The notes under the pieces: generated by a model
What the model was told of the DNA's origin: nothing
Database searches by the model: none
What the model saw: the letters and a program-made list of their open reading frames with translations, nothing else
Shown: piece after piece, positions 40,176 to 54,389 of the stretch
Layout of the letters: every line of letters starts with the position of its first letter
Position numbering within the stretch: the first letter of the stretch is position 1
Made by a program: the position numbers and the translations under genes
Source of the DNA: Eledone cirrhosa
Lineage: Eukaryota
Reading direction: 5' to 3'
Assembly (NCBI GenBank): GCA_964016885.1
Contig: OZ024743.1
Span: forward strand, 157,356,001-157,420,000
DNA: 64,000 bases

Positions 40176-41031
40176 CTGAGGATGTTGAAACCTGCATTTT
40201 TTCTGCTTCATCGGGGAAAATCTTAAAGATAATCTCGTCATCAGAGTATTCGGTTTATTTTCTTTACATATTATCTAGGCATGCAGTTTTTCCACGATAA
40301 AATCTGTTGGCGACCCGCGTTCCAAAATACCTTATCCAGTGCAACGCCGGGTACCACTGCTAGTATATAATATATTTACGAAATCACAGTGCCTCAAGAT
40401 GCTTGGAGCACCTAAGGCATTGTAACACCGGGCTACACAATATCCTATTTAATGCCTAACAGAAATGTAGGAAACTGTACACTCTTATATATTAACTAGT
40501 TTAGTGCCAATATTAAACACATAATTAGGGTTATCACTAAAATTAATGCAGCTAATCTCAGCCAATCTCCACTCGAATCAATTGATAAAAATATCAAATA
40601 ATATTGGTATACAAGAAACTAGCGCCAGTTTCACTAATACCGGACAGTTAGAATCGTAAATAACGTAAATAAATGCATATTCCAACACTCAGTTGCATAA
40701 TAATATCAAATCAGCATATGGATCTTCGGTGACCATTGTTCAGCATATATATACAGGAAAAAAAAATATATAGGGACTATTAAATCTCTCCCAAGGTAAC
40801 TCTCTCTTGTGTTGTTATTTTTAATTTATCCTTTATACACTTCCCTTCATTCTACACATCTCACACATCTTATACACACCACGCATCTCAACGTATACCC
40901 ACTTACATCTCTCTCTCCACCACCGGATCTTTTTACCCGGAGATTTACCCATTTGCATTGTCGAGGCTTCCAAACGACTTAAGGATATTTACTTATTATT
41001 CCACAATGCTTCAAGCAAACTTCAATACTCT

Positions 41032-41073
<42 letters not shown>

Positions 41074-41214
41074 GGTTTTCATTTCAAGCATAGCTTTATA
41101 CAAATATGTATAGAAATTTCGTATATCTAAAGAAACACGGTTTTAGAAAGCCGTAGTTAAGCAAACACCGGGGCTAACGCCCTCTGGTGGTGTCCAGCAG
41201 AAGCAAGGGGGACA

Positions 41215-41258
41215 ACCGTCTATGCATTTCAGGCTTGACTGGCCTTCCTCAGGATGGT
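41215..41258 (-). ncRNA. Minimal type I hammerhead (AUA site)
   Basis: accatc-CTGAGGA-aggc(cagtcaa)gcct-GAAAT-GC-ATA-gacggt. Confidence 0.75.
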
Positions 41259-41737
41259 CCCTCCCAACACTTGCGACTGTTGGGAGAATATATAGTTTTG
41301 TCGTCTTGCATATGCAATATATATATATATATATATCAACGCTTACGTCGACCTCGCAAATTCGTTGGATTTTCAAAATAGATTGTTACCCTGAAACTGG
41401 ATACTGCGAATTCACCGCGAACATTAATAATAATGTTCTATTCGTTTGTAAACAAACGAACCCTATCAAAAGCCGTGTCACGCCGGTGACCGGACGTTCC
41501 TGCTTGTTCAATCCTGTACTATATATTTTCAACCCTTCAACACATTGGCAGAGAGGTATAGAGTCCTGATAAAGGATAATGACCCAGAAACATGTTGATT
41601 GTTCCTCAAAACCAGTGTTGAACAAACAGGTGACGACCGGTCACCGGTACGGCACAGCTACTAATCGGCCTTTTTTTGTTTACAAACGAATCGAACCTCA
41701 TTATAATGTTCGATACCAACACGTACATATATATATA

Positions 41738-41811
<74 letters not shown>

Positions 41812-44264
41812 TTTGTATATATATATATATATGTGTGTGTGTACGTATGCATACTTACTTTTATGTATTAGCTGAGTTAGAGTGAGAAATAAGATTCTTA
41901 TTTTGTATATATATATATATAATTGTGTAAAAGACAGGCCAGACTGGTGAAAAACCTTCAAAGATTTATTTCACCAAACACTATGTACATTACAGTGGCC
42001 AGATTACGTTAGATCCTGGTGAAATCATCATGTGCATATTGCATAATAGTTATATAATAAAGGAATAATGGCAAACACGATCCAAGAGACGATGAGGAGA
42101 GAAAGCAGAGAAAAAATGTTTTTGTCTTGAAGGCGATCAAGAGGGACAGTTGTTGACAGTTTGGCTGACCATCTTCAGGTGAGAACTTTCATCCATTTCG
42201 TCTTACCGCTTTGGTAATGGGATTGTATCCTTAGTATGCTTATTACTACTCACCTGCCATTCACTGCTATCGGACACATGCTAGTATTGGAAGGTGTAAA
42301 GGAGATCAGGTTACAGAGATATGCTTTATTGGGGGTCAAGCCTAAAATTCTATAAAAATATAGTGGGCGGGGTGAAGTTGAGAATTCAGAACTTACAAAG
42401 TTTTACTGTTAAAATTAATATTAAAGATTAAAAATGTAAACATTCAACATTTAAATTTAAAATTCATAGATGTAATTAAAGAAGAATGTATTTTTATAAA
42501 AATTAAATATATCTTTGATAGTCATAATAAAAGGTCTAGTTCCATCACTGTGAGTTTGTGATATGGATAAACGATTGTGGCTTGTCTTTCATTAGCTATT
42601 GAGATAATGGTATCAGAGTACTGCAGGTTCATAAACCCACGAACCCTTCCGAGTAAAATCTAATATTGAGAACAAGGAAATGTCTGTTATTTGCAAGCAC
42701 TCCAGGAAACGTCTACCGGCTCATGCTCGAGCGTGACCAGAATAGTCAGTACAGTTGTCCGGTGATCTAACGTATGCCAGACAGTTATTAGTTATAAATA
42801 CTAGTTATGTTAACGATTCTAAAGATAGAGTTGTGTAAAGCTGAAACGTAATAAACAAACTTAAACTAAATTAAACTAGATTAGATCACTATTTAGCTTT
42901 GGGTTCTTTGCACTGTTCAATATTATATTGCTAGTGGGTGTGAAATAGTCCTAAACTATTTTATATAAAGCAGTGTAGTTTGGAGTTCAATAACCAGTGA
43001 AATAACGACTTCCCAGTCTACCCAAAGCTCAAGGGCCTATCAACCGTTCCGAGTGTGTTCGTCTTCTGAAAAAAAAAGAAATTCATTTTTCCAAGCACTC
43101 TGGGAAGGTGGACAAACCCAGGTGTTACGAGTGTAAGTAGGAAAGCCGCCACAGCCAGTCGGTGATCCAGCGTATAATTATTAGTTATTCATATCAGTAA
43201 TGTTAATGATAGAGTCGTAGGAAAGGCTTAAAGGTAGTAAAATTAAAACAAAATAGGATATATTGAAATTCATATGGGATATAATGCTCCTACACTATAA
43301 ATTAATACTACAACGTATATATGTCTCTATATAATTATTATAATATGAGAAGTATATCGCATGGTATATATTGAGTGTATCCCAAGGTATAGCCGTAATA
43401 ATTAAATAAATAAATAGATGAATGTATGTATAGTATATTTGGCAATATACCGTATGTTTAATTAAAAACATTTACAAGCCCATTCGCTATTAGTTTTAAA
43501 GTAGTGACTATGTCACTTACTTATTTTCGGCAAAAAGAAAGGGAGAGTTATTGACAGTCTGTTTTTCGCTCGTTGATGTTTATCATATCCACAGACTCCC
43601 CTGCCACCACCGAAAATTATAGAAATTGGATTCTTATAGAATTCCAGTAATATTCAGGAGCTGAATATACAGCAAAAATTAGGTATTAATATTGATGCTC
43701 TGAAATAGCGATGCATACATGAATGTATGTATAGTATATTTGGCAAAAAACCGTATGTTCAATTAAAAACATTTAGAAAATCATTTGATTGTCAAATATA
43801 CTATACATACATTCATGTATATATCGCTATTTCAGAGCACCAATACTAATACCTAATTAGTACCAAATAGAGAATAGAAAATATTTTTGATTCGGAGATG
43901 GCCCATGAAATCGGTGTTATTGTTGCGGCAGACCATCTCCGAATAACACTCTCGTCAATGGTAAGCATTGTTGATTTGGTAGGCGCGAACTAGAGGGATG
44001 GAGTTTGTGTGGTGGCGACAGATAATGCCACGCTCTTAATGAGAACCGAATGATCAACTACTACAAATGCTAGGAGTACTAAACTCTGTGACGGTTAAGA
44101 AAATTAAATTAAAGTGGATGTGTGCTATGAAAGTCATAGAAGTTTATAAAGAGTTATAAAAAGTTAAGAAAAATGGGGTTGAATGTCGTATTAAATAACT
44201 TTTTAAAATTGGATTTCAAATAATATATTAAGAAAAAATAAATTAAGAGTAAATATAATTATAA

Positions 44265-44449
44265 ATAATTGTTTCTACTTTAGGCACAAGGCCAGCAATT
44301 ACCCAGTGCATTACTGGTTCTTTATTTTATCGACCCCCTAAGGATGAAAGGCAAAGTCAACCTCGGCGGGATTTGAACTCAGATCGTAAAGGGACGTAAC
44401 TATGATGGAAAGCATGGCGTCCGACCCTCTACCGATACTGCCAATCCCC
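44265..44449 (-). mobile_element. SINE family A
   Basis: 16-bp direct repeat tataattataaataat at 44254-44269 and 44450-44465. Confidence 0.92.
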
Positions 44450-45593
44450 TATAATTATAAATAATATATAGTACTAGTAATCTTAATGTCAGTGTTTCAT
44501 TAAAAATAATAGATTAAAGTAATCTAATTCATGATTATAGGTGAGTGTTTGTATTGTGAAAAAAAGAAAGAAAAGGAAATGAGGTGTGGCGTTCCCTTGT
44601 GACTGATTTAATGACCCTCCTTATCTGTGCAAGACCCAAACATGATATACCAGTACCGAGTATGTTGAAAAGAGGAAAATTAATTAATTCCAAGCACTCA
44701 AGGAATGGTTACAAATGTTGACGTATTGTATGTTACTCGTAGAACCATCACATAGTCGGTGATGTAATGCATATGAGATAATTCTTCATAACAGTACCGT
44801 TAATAATAATGGAGATAAAATTACGGAGGGTGGATAAAAAATACAAGTATATAGTTGAACGTAAAATTTCAAATACGAATAAAAAGTAAAAACAAAAATA
44901 AAAATAAAACAAAATTAAATCAAATTAAATTAGTAGCTAGTATTAGGTAGTATGATTTGCTCATTGTCAGATTACATATGGAATAAAATATAATTATATA
45001 CAATAAGATAAAATATGAAAATTCGGAAAATGCAAAAATATTGAAAACTAAGGTGTAGATTAAGGGTAACTTTTACAATGTATAGTAAGTATGTTATTAT
45101 AATACAAGATAACTATATCGAATGTTAGGTGGCAAGAAAATGAATTGGCGAGATATTTAAATATTTAATTAATGGATAGTGAATAAGTAAAAGAGGTAAT
45201 GAAATGCAATGAATGGATGATAATAATTAATGCCTAGTTGAAGCAATAGATTTGGAGACCATACTGAGCCAATTGCTAATAGAAAATTATATTACATATG
45301 AAGTATAAGATAACTGGTAATTTATAGAGTAAGGTGTACACAGGTTGTATTTGAAATATAAAATATAAAAACCCAAATAAAATAAGATAAAATAAAATAA
45401 TTTAAATCGAATAATATGTCATTTAAGTTCTGATATGCAACATTCAATATAAGAAGACATTCGATTGACAAGATCCAAGACCTCATTCGCATAAAGAATG
45501 GGATGTGGCTCGTCAAATCGGAACTAAGAAACAATGTTTCCATTGGTCTTTCCAATTACTAATACTATCTGCTTCTCGCAAATCGAGGGAGAA

Positions 45594-45712
45594 GGAGCAA
45601 CGTGAAAGAAAGTGACTTTCTCAAGGACATAACACATGGCTCGCTCCACGAATCGAACTCACAACCACACAATTGCGAATCCAATGCTCTAACCACTGAG
45701 CAACGCACATTC
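45594..45712 (-). mobile_element. tRNA-derived SINE head (family C)
   Basis: Minus strand ttgctcagtggttagagc..gagttcgattcg followed by gtccttgagaaagtcac. Confidence 0.6.
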
Positions 45713-46505
45713 ATATTCAATATAAATACCTGATAAACACTAAACTATAAAGGTAAAATCTCAATCAGTATAAGATGTAGTAATTCAAATAGAATCAGAA
45801 GGAATCCTATTGCTGCATCAAACAATTTAGAGAATCCGTCAAAAATCTCGTTGGTCGGTATGGGTATATGTAGCCGTATACTGTCTGGTACAAGCTTTGA
45901 CGTAAACGAAGTTTCGGGAAGTCGCCTTGGCCTGTGGTGGTAGTTCTCCCTACATTGGTGTCAGGGCCTTGGTTATCAATTACATAACAAAGAGCTCGAC
46001 TACAAAAAGAGCGGTATTCATTTATGTTGTGTCCCTGCCAAGTCGTATGTCGCTTAAGTGTTCTGCGAATGGGTTGACCAGACAGCAGCTTATTGTCCGA
46101 TGTATAAGTACCCGCAAAGAGAATGCCGATTAGCAAAAGCAACTTTAGTGGTGGTATACATGAAATAGTGGCGGATACGGAATACTATAACAATATGAAC
46201 TTGCCCAAATATAACAATATTTGTTTCAACACTTGATTTCATATAAAAAACCTTACAAAATAAATTCATCGCCGTACACACACACACGCACACACACACG
46301 CACACACACACACTCACACACACACACATACATACACACACACACACACACACACTCACACACACGTATATATATATATATATTTGTGTGTGTGGGGGGG
46401 GGTATGTGTGTGTGTTTGTATGATATAGAGAGGAGAGAATACACGAAGAGAATGTGTTTTCATTACAGGGTTTAACGCAAGTCCTTTACTCCGTTGCTTC
46501 ATTTG

Positions 46506-46575
<70 letters not shown>

Positions 46576-46643
46576 TATTTTAATAAATATTTATCCTTAC
46601 CGAGCCAACTTTGAATTTTAGTCTTCAAATTTATTATTGTTAC

Positions 46644-46680
<37 letters not shown>

Positions 46681-46760
46681 GTGTGTGTGTGTGTGTGTGT
46701 GTGTGCGTGCGTATGTGCGTGTGAGTGTGTGTGTGTGTATGTATATGTGTGCACGTGTAT

Positions 46761-46910
46761 ATAGTTATTGCTCTATATGGCTGAATATATTCTATTGACA
46801 TGGCTTAAAAAGAGGGTGTTTGCATATTTGCAAACGAATCCAATATTATTATTAATATTCGAAAAACTAAGTTCACATTCATTGTATGCAGCCATGTGGA
46901 TCGATAACTA
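46761..46910. mobile_element. Short MITE-like element (family B) with both termini
   Basis: Imperfect TIRs atagttattgctctatatggctgaata / tatgcagccatgtggatcgataactat. Confidence 0.6.
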
Positions 46911-47104
46911 TTTGTTTGTTATTTGAATATGGCAAAGCCGACCATTAATTGCTGACTGGCCTATCTGATGATAGGCAAATTTGGCTGATCAGGGGAACTT
47001 CTAATATGCAATTCAGGCCGATCAATCACAGTATATGTCAGAAAAAATCATATATTTTCACTAGCTCTGACAGTTGGCAGATGAGCAGTAAACTGCACAG
47101 ATGA

Positions 47105-47337
47105 AGGGTAATCGCGATTGTCATAGGCGCAGTAGGTATTATCTCAAAGAGTTTCCAAGGATGGTTAAAGAAGATTAGTCCAGCCCCGCTTTTTGGAACA
47201 CTTCAAAAGGTATGCTTGCTGGGAACAGCAAGAACCCTTGGATACATCCTGAATATCTCAGGCTGCAGGTAGCGGCTTGATATTCATTTCAACAAACTTT
47301 CCAGTTAAATAACATCAATGACTGAGACTCAAAGAAC
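47105..47337 (+). mobile_element. R4/Dong-like LINE 3' stub (restriction-like endonuclease C-terminus)
   Basis: Hand translation VIAIVIGAVGII..LQKVCLLGTARTLGYILNISGCR* (TAG 47270-47272); short UTR, then (AAT)n. Confidence 0.72.
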
Positions 47338-47367
47338 AATAATAATAATAATAATAATGATAATAAT

Positions 47368-47800
47368 GCTTTCTTTATTAACCACAAGGGTTTACATAAA
47401 GTAGTCATTAAGGACAGTACAGGACAATACAGGACGGTACAAATGGGCATTTCTGCGTGTAAAAAAACAAGAAACAGAGGATGTAATAATAGAACAATGA
47501 AAAAATTCCCCAATAGGGGGGAGACTTCCGTGGGACATTCGTAGAGAAAGCCCATTAAAAAGCCACAGTGACCTGACCACCAGGGCAAGTGCCCTCTCCC
47601 AGTGTTCCACCTTTAATTTACAGACACATACTCAGAGTAGGCCCATTCACTCGGGCCATTCTTGCCTCTCTCACCCATCTTTCAACAGAATGCTGGGAAG
47701 AGAGCACTTCCCTCTCTACCCTGATTTTCCTTTTCAAATGAAATTTGAAAAAGTTAATCAGGGCATCACCGAAGAGGTAAGTTCTCGTCTTCAGCCCTTT
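47368..47800 (-). mobile_element. Tx1-clade LINE 3' stub
   Basis: Hand translation KGLKTRTYLFGDALINFFKFHLKRKIRVERE..RWVREARMARVNGPTLSMCL* aligns to the ORF2 end of the 29-5850 element; ends AATAAAGAAAGC then (ATT)n. Confidence 0.85.
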
Positions 47801-48004
47801 GTGTGTGTATGTGTATGGGTGTTATGGGTGTGTGTGTGTGTCTGGGAGTATGTTAAGATGGAAAGAATATATATATTTTGTGTGTGTGTATATGTGTGTC
47901 GGAAAGTGATTCTATTAGTAGAAATGGGGGAGGGAGTTATGGGGGGTGTTATGTGGGCGTATGGGTAGCATGTTAAGATGAAGAGAATAGATATATATAT
48001 ATAT

Positions 48005-48103
<99 letters not shown>

Positions 48104-50930
48104 GTGTAGGAAAATGATTCCGTTAGTAGGAATATTTTTGAATGAACATATTTTCCTTACTTATTCGTATTTATGTTAAGGTTTATTTAGTTCGGGTTTT
48201 CATTTTCTAAAGTAGAGGGTGTTATGTGTGTGCGTATGTATCTGTTTGGATGGTTAGCATATTATGGTTTTAGCATAATGTATATTAAACTGTATTTAAT
48301 GCTGGTCTATATTTTTGAATAAACATATTTTCCTTATTTATTCGTATTTGTTCTGTTGTATTATCAGCGCAAAGATAAAATGGGAAGACTTGGAATTTGG
48401 GTGTCTTATTACTTGCGCATATATCTAGATGTGCGCTTAGTGGTATCTGTCTCGTGGTTGGATCTCGTAATTGTTGGCGATGAACTGACATTCTGTTTCT
48501 GAGTGTGAGTTTCGTTTGTCCTATAAATGTTCATTGCATCCTTTACATTTAATGGCATAAAATAGATTTTTTGATGAGCAAGTGAAGTGATTTTTTACAG
48601 CAGAATTTTGTCCTGATTTAAATGTATACGTGTTGCCTTCAATGAGGGGAGTGCAGGTTCCACAATTAGAGAGGCCACATTTTTTGACAGTTGGTTGTGG
48701 TTTTGTGGTAGGTAATTTGGCATTGGTGAGTAATGTTTTGAGTGATTTAGGTTGTCTTTTGCTTTTGATTATTTTGTGTGTTTCAAGGGCTTTTTTCATT
48801 TTTGGGTCTTGTTTCAGTAGTGGGATGTTCTTCCTGGTATCGACAAATCAGTGTTTAATCTGGTCATTGTTTTTGATTGCTGGTAGTTTTTTACTCTTTC
48901 ATAGTAATTAGTATTTTGTAAGAGGGAGAAGATAGTATTTTTATATTTTTCAGCATCCATAATAACAACAGTACTTCCCTTGTCCGCTTCCTTAATTATA
49001 ATGTCCGTATTTTTTTTAGTTCATTGATAATCTTCCATTCCCTTCGACTCGTGTTTGGTTTAGGTTTAGGTTGCGTCAGTTCATGGTATGGGAAAGTTGG
49101 TATGTGGTCACACAATTTGTCCAGAACTCTGTTCCTGCCCTTTGTTGGGTTGTAGCTGCTTTTATTCCATGCAATTGATTGGTCGTTATTCTCCTTGTCA
49201 CAAGATTCCTCTGCGAGTCGTAATTTTCTACAGAAGTGTGAAATATCGTCATTTATCTCATTGGGGTTAGAGTGTTGATGTATTGGTGTGAATTTCAGCC
49301 CTTTGGAGAGAATGTTTACTTGTTGGACTGAGAGGTTTGTATTTGAAAGGTTGATTATTTTCGGTTTTTCAAAATCGGTTTGTGCCATCGAGTGTCATGG
49401 GTCATGGCCTTGGTCTAAAAAATGATTTTTCTGGAATGTTTTTTTCAATGGTATTATTATATCTAATGGCATTTCCCCTATTGTTGTGTGGTCTTGTATA
49501 GAGGTTTCGGACGTATTGAGGTTCGGTTTGTTGATAGTCCGGGTTGTAGATTTTGTTCCTTTGTGTGGGTTGGGATCTACGATTTTGGAACAGGCTCTGT
49601 GTGCGCAGGGGTCTACGGTTTTCGAATAGGTTTTGTGTATGTTGTGATCTGCGTATCGGGTCCTGTCTTGTGTTGGGGGATCTTCGGTTTTTGTTAGTAG
49701 GGTTATAGTTTTCTCTATCGGTTCTGGAATTATCGTTATAGTTTTGCTGGGGGTATGTTGGAGGTTTTGTTTTGTTTTTGTTATTTGTTGTACATGTTTT
49801 GTTACTTTTTTGGTTATTTGTTGTGCATGTGATGTGTGAGTTTTAGTTGGTTTTAAAAATGGGTTACCTGTATGTTGTTCATTTTTGAAATCCATTTCGT
49901 AGTTGTTGAACCAGGTGGCGTTTTTTTCCCATCGCTGGAGGGATGTTACTTCTTCATCCTCACAGTTTTCTTTCCAAATATTAAGATATTTTCATAGAGT
50001 AGGCCTTCAGAGTGCCTTGAGATTTCTGTGTCCATCTGTTGGTCGAGTGTCTTGAATTTTTCTTCGTTGGAGTTGGCTCTTAATCGCAAACAGTTCTATT
50101 TCTATTTTACATTTTTCTAACGCCATCTTTTCCCTAAGTTTTGTTGGTTATCTGGTTTATTCGGGATGGGTTTTATTTGGAGTTTTTTGGGGAGGATGAT
50201 TGGGGTAGAGTTTAGCGACTTTTAATATATGTCTGCCTTGCCATTATTTTTTAGGAGATTCCACTTTTTTTTTATGTAAAAAGAAATTCAAATAAACTTA
50301 CGCGAAAGCTGATACACTTATTCACATGACTACATCAACCAACCAAACTTCACTCATATATGAAAAAACAACCTGCCATATTCACTGAACCAGAACACCC
50401 ATCCCATTTCTCTTGACCATTATCTTTTGTTTGTCATAAAATTCTCTAAAAGGCTACAAAATAAATCCCTAAATACAGGCATGAAATTTAATGAACTTGT
50501 TCATGTGACAACCATAATTTCATTTATAACCAATCAAATTACATTTATTTTAAAAAAGCCTTCGTGAGCCCCTTTTTTAAGTAAAAAGAAATTAAAACAC
50601 TCATATAGGAAAAAAACAACCTGAGCCCCCCACCCCCACCCCTTCTTTGAAGAACTTTGTAACGCTAACTGGCCCGAAATGTATTATACTTTTATACATC
50701 AAATTACTTCTCTAAAAACCTGGCGTTTCGAGCCACTTTTTTTCCATATAAAACAAGTACCATTCAAAACCAACCAGATGTGAGAAAAACCACAGACCCT
50801 CCATCTCAACTCATCTTTTGAAAAGCAGAAGAACTGCGAAACCGGTAAAGGAACCAAATAAATATATATATTTTTTAAAAATAGGACTCCAGTTGCATTT
50901 TCGATTTCATCTTTTTTTCTTTATATATAT
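47801..50930 (-). mobile_element. Neptune-like PLE, RT deleted, with an inverted pLTR at 50270-50930
   Basis: ORF1 remnant 50270-49395; MAQ..KIINLS..LSKGLKF..EADKG; deletion near 48830; CGLSNCGTC and GIY-YIG region matching 14084-14606. Confidence 0.88.
50814..50851 (+). ncRNA. Minimal hammerhead, U3-A8 variant
   Basis: tctt-TTGAAAA-gcag(aagaa)ctgc-GAAAC-CG-GTA-aagg. Confidence 0.7.
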
Positions 50931-51199
50931 ATATATATATAAACAAACTTACATGCATACATACACATGCATACACATACATGTACATCTACAGACATAC
51001 ATATCTAATACTCAAGTATTAAAGTTCACTTATACAGTGGAGGTGGGAAAACAATTATTGAAATGCTAGTGTACCTCGGAGTGTTGTTCACTTCAACGAC
51101 CGAATGTTTGAAAGTGCGGGTGTCATCCCACTTCTATTTGGATATTTTTCCTTTTTCAATATGCGAATTTATTAAAGAAAAGAGAAAGTGGGAAGAATC

Positions 51200-52750
51200 C
51201 CGTTATTTGAAGATGGAATATAGTTTTTTTTGTGTTCAGTAGTGGTTTGTACTTGTTATGAAAAATTCTTCTCTATATTTCCGGAAATGTTCGTTGCCGA
51301 CCATATCTGAGAGGAGGGGTAAATTGTGAATTTTCCTTTTCCACATGATGCTACGTGTTCACTGCATGTGGTGTTTCTAACAGAGGGGACACTAATTTGC
51401 TATTTATTTACATGAACTCTGCCATGTTTCCCCAATGTAGTATTCTTTACATTGTGGGCAGGTTGCAGAGTAAATTAAGTTTTTGGTTTTTCAATTCATG
51501 TTTGCATTAACTTTGAAAATCTCATTGTTTTTAAAGGAGATTTGCCCACCCACTTCAATGTATTCACAAGTTCCGCATCGAGGATCCACGCATTCTTTTA
51601 CTTTCCTTGTTTCCTTATCAGACGTAAAATTTGCCTTGGTTAGCAGTCTTTTTAGGTTGGGTGCTTGGCGTCTACTATATATTATTTGTGATTCTTTTAT
51701 GAGTGCATTCATTTTGGGGGACTGCGGGAGAATCAGGAGATATTGTTTAGCAGCTTTCACAATGTTGAAGTTCCTTAGATTGTGAGTGACGACAAAAGGG
51801 ATAACTTTTTATTTTGTCAGATTGTTTTTCTCAGTTTTGTCGCTGGGATGTTTTAGGCCTTGGAGATAGTCGTATTGATGAGGTTCACCGGATAATCTTG
51901 TATTTTAAGGAACCCTTTTAGTTCATATAATCATTTTCCCTATAGTGTAGGGTGTTACTATGGTGCAGTTGCGTCTTGCCAAGTTAAAGGGAATGTTCTA
52001 TTTAGTAAGTGAGGGATGTGCTGATCGGAAATTCAAGTATTCGTGTGTGTCTGTTGGTTTGTAAAATAGATCTGTTTTAATATTTTCCCCTTATTTAATG
52101 ATAAGGATATCTAGAAACGGTAGTTCCTTTATATTATATTCCATGGTAAATTGTATTGCTTCGGGAAGCCTGTTTATGGTGGAATGGAATATTTGCAGGA
52201 ATTCTTGGCTTCTAACCAAGATAATATGGAGCAGTCGTCTTTGTACCGTTTCCAGTTATTATTAATGTAGGTGGCAAAGTCGTGACTGAAAGTTTCCTGC
52301 AGTTGGAAATATAATTTTGCCTCTAGGTGACCCATAACGAGTGTTGCATATGTTGGGGGTTAATTTGGTTCCCATTGCCTTCGTTAACAAAGTCGTGTGG
52401 TATGTTAGTATATAAGCTTGTTGCGTCAAAGCGGATTAAGATTGTTTCTTGGTGTACTTTCTGAGGGATATAGTTCAGGAATTCCATATCATCACTGATG
52501 AAGCTTAGCACTTGTTTACATAAGGGTTTCAGTATGATGCCGAACAGGTTGCTTAGACGACGAGTGCTTGAGACTGAACCAACAACAATTGAGCGTAATT
52601 TTAAATCTGTCGATTATGATACTTCGACAAATGAGGTATTTTTGCGTTTTATGATGTTTTGGACTCCTCTGGATCTGTGAACTTTCGGCAATCAATAAAA
52701 ATTGCTGGTTTTCATTTCGAAGTTGTTTAAGTAATTGATTTCCTTGTGTG
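51200..52750 (-). mobile_element. Degenerate Neptune-like PLE (RT + GIY-YIG)
   Basis: LRSIV, FDATSLYTNIPH, WKRYKDDC, LPFLDI and CVDPRCGTC linker. Confidence 0.82.
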
Positions 52751-53116
52751 TATATATATGATTTAAATCTGTGTATATATATATGCTTTAATTCCTTTAA
52801 ATCTTCATCAACACTCCTTCATTCCCACACTCATTAATAAAGCCCACCCCAGACACACCCAAATCTCTTATATATAGAGTCACACATCACAACACAACCA
52901 GTTTGACAGTCGCCACCGACGAATGCGAGATATTTCTCCAGGAAGGTTAACCAGGAGAATCGTTTTAAACATCTCCTCACCGAAGTTAACAAAAATCTTA
53001 TTAGATCAACAAAATCAAATTGTAAAATTATAATATTATAAAATTAAATTGTTTAGAACTACAAGTGAAGTCATATTTTTCCTTTTACAAATGTATCAAG
53101 GATTTCACATTTTCCA

Positions 53117-53224
<108 letters not shown>

Positions 53225-53323
53225 TTGAGGTTGGTAATGGCACATGGAATATATAAGAGACAGAATACTTTTTTGTGAAAAAACATATAATTTTATAAGG
53301 TAAGGAAATAATAAAGGGTATAA

Positions 53324-53371
53324 AAAATGACCGGTTTCGATGGGTCTGCAAAAGCCATCTTTTCAAATGTT
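53324..53371 (-). ncRNA. Minimal hammerhead, U3-A8 variant
   Basis: Reverse complement of 54186-54233. Confidence 0.62.
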
Positions 53372-53733
53372 GATTAATATTAAGAAAAATTAATAATAAG
53401 AAGAGTTAAAATTTGAGATTTGAAAATTCAAGTATAAAATTCATTGTGGGATTTCATAGTAGTTTTCATCTTCGTAGCAGCTAGTTAACTGCTGTGTGCC
53501 TTTCTGGTAGTGAATGAGAAGTTATTTGGGGGTGTGGGTTATTTTATAAAGGTCAGATTTAGCAATGGCCAGATGGCCAGCTGCTGGTCGGTGAGGGGGT
53601 GGAAGCAATATACATACATATATCTCCCTGTGGTCGGTAGGAGAGGGGAGATTGATAGAAAGGGATTTAGTGCACTTACACCTATATATACACACATACC
53701 TTCATCCACACATACATACATATACATATACAT

Positions 53734-53808
<75 letters not shown>

Positions 53809-53935
53809 CACACATACATACACACACACATACATATACATACACACATACACACACACATATATATGCACATACACACACATATATATATACACACACA
53901 CACATATATATACATACACATACATCCAGATACAC

Positions 53936-53979
<44 letters not shown>

Positions 53980-54185
53980 GTGTACATACACATATATACA
54001 CACATATACATACACATATATATACACACACCCACACATACATACACACACACACATATATATACATACACACATACAAACACACACACACACACACATA
54101 TATACACATACACACACATATATATACACACACACACATATATATATATAACTCTTCTTATTATTAATTTTTCTTAATATTAATC

Positions 54186-54233
54186 AACATTTGAAAAGAT
54201 GGCTTTAGCAGACCCATCGAAACCGGTCATTTT
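54186..54233 (+). ncRNA. Minimal hammerhead, U3-A8 variant
   Basis: TTGAAAA 54191-54197; stem II gatgg/ccatc; GAAAC-CG-GTC; weak stem I. Confidence 0.62.
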
Positions 54234-54389
54234 TTATACCCTTTATTATTTCCTTACCTTATAAAATTATATGTTTTATCAGAAAAAAGTATTTTGTCTC
54301 TTATATATTCCATGTGCCATTACCAACCTCAATTTTCTCTATAACCTTCGTTTTGTGTAGTAAATTACACTTTTCATATATACTAACCT

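Noticed and set aside
46945-46975. CTGATGA motif
   Set aside because: It is the loop of a gcctat/ataggc hairpin with no properly placed GAAA.
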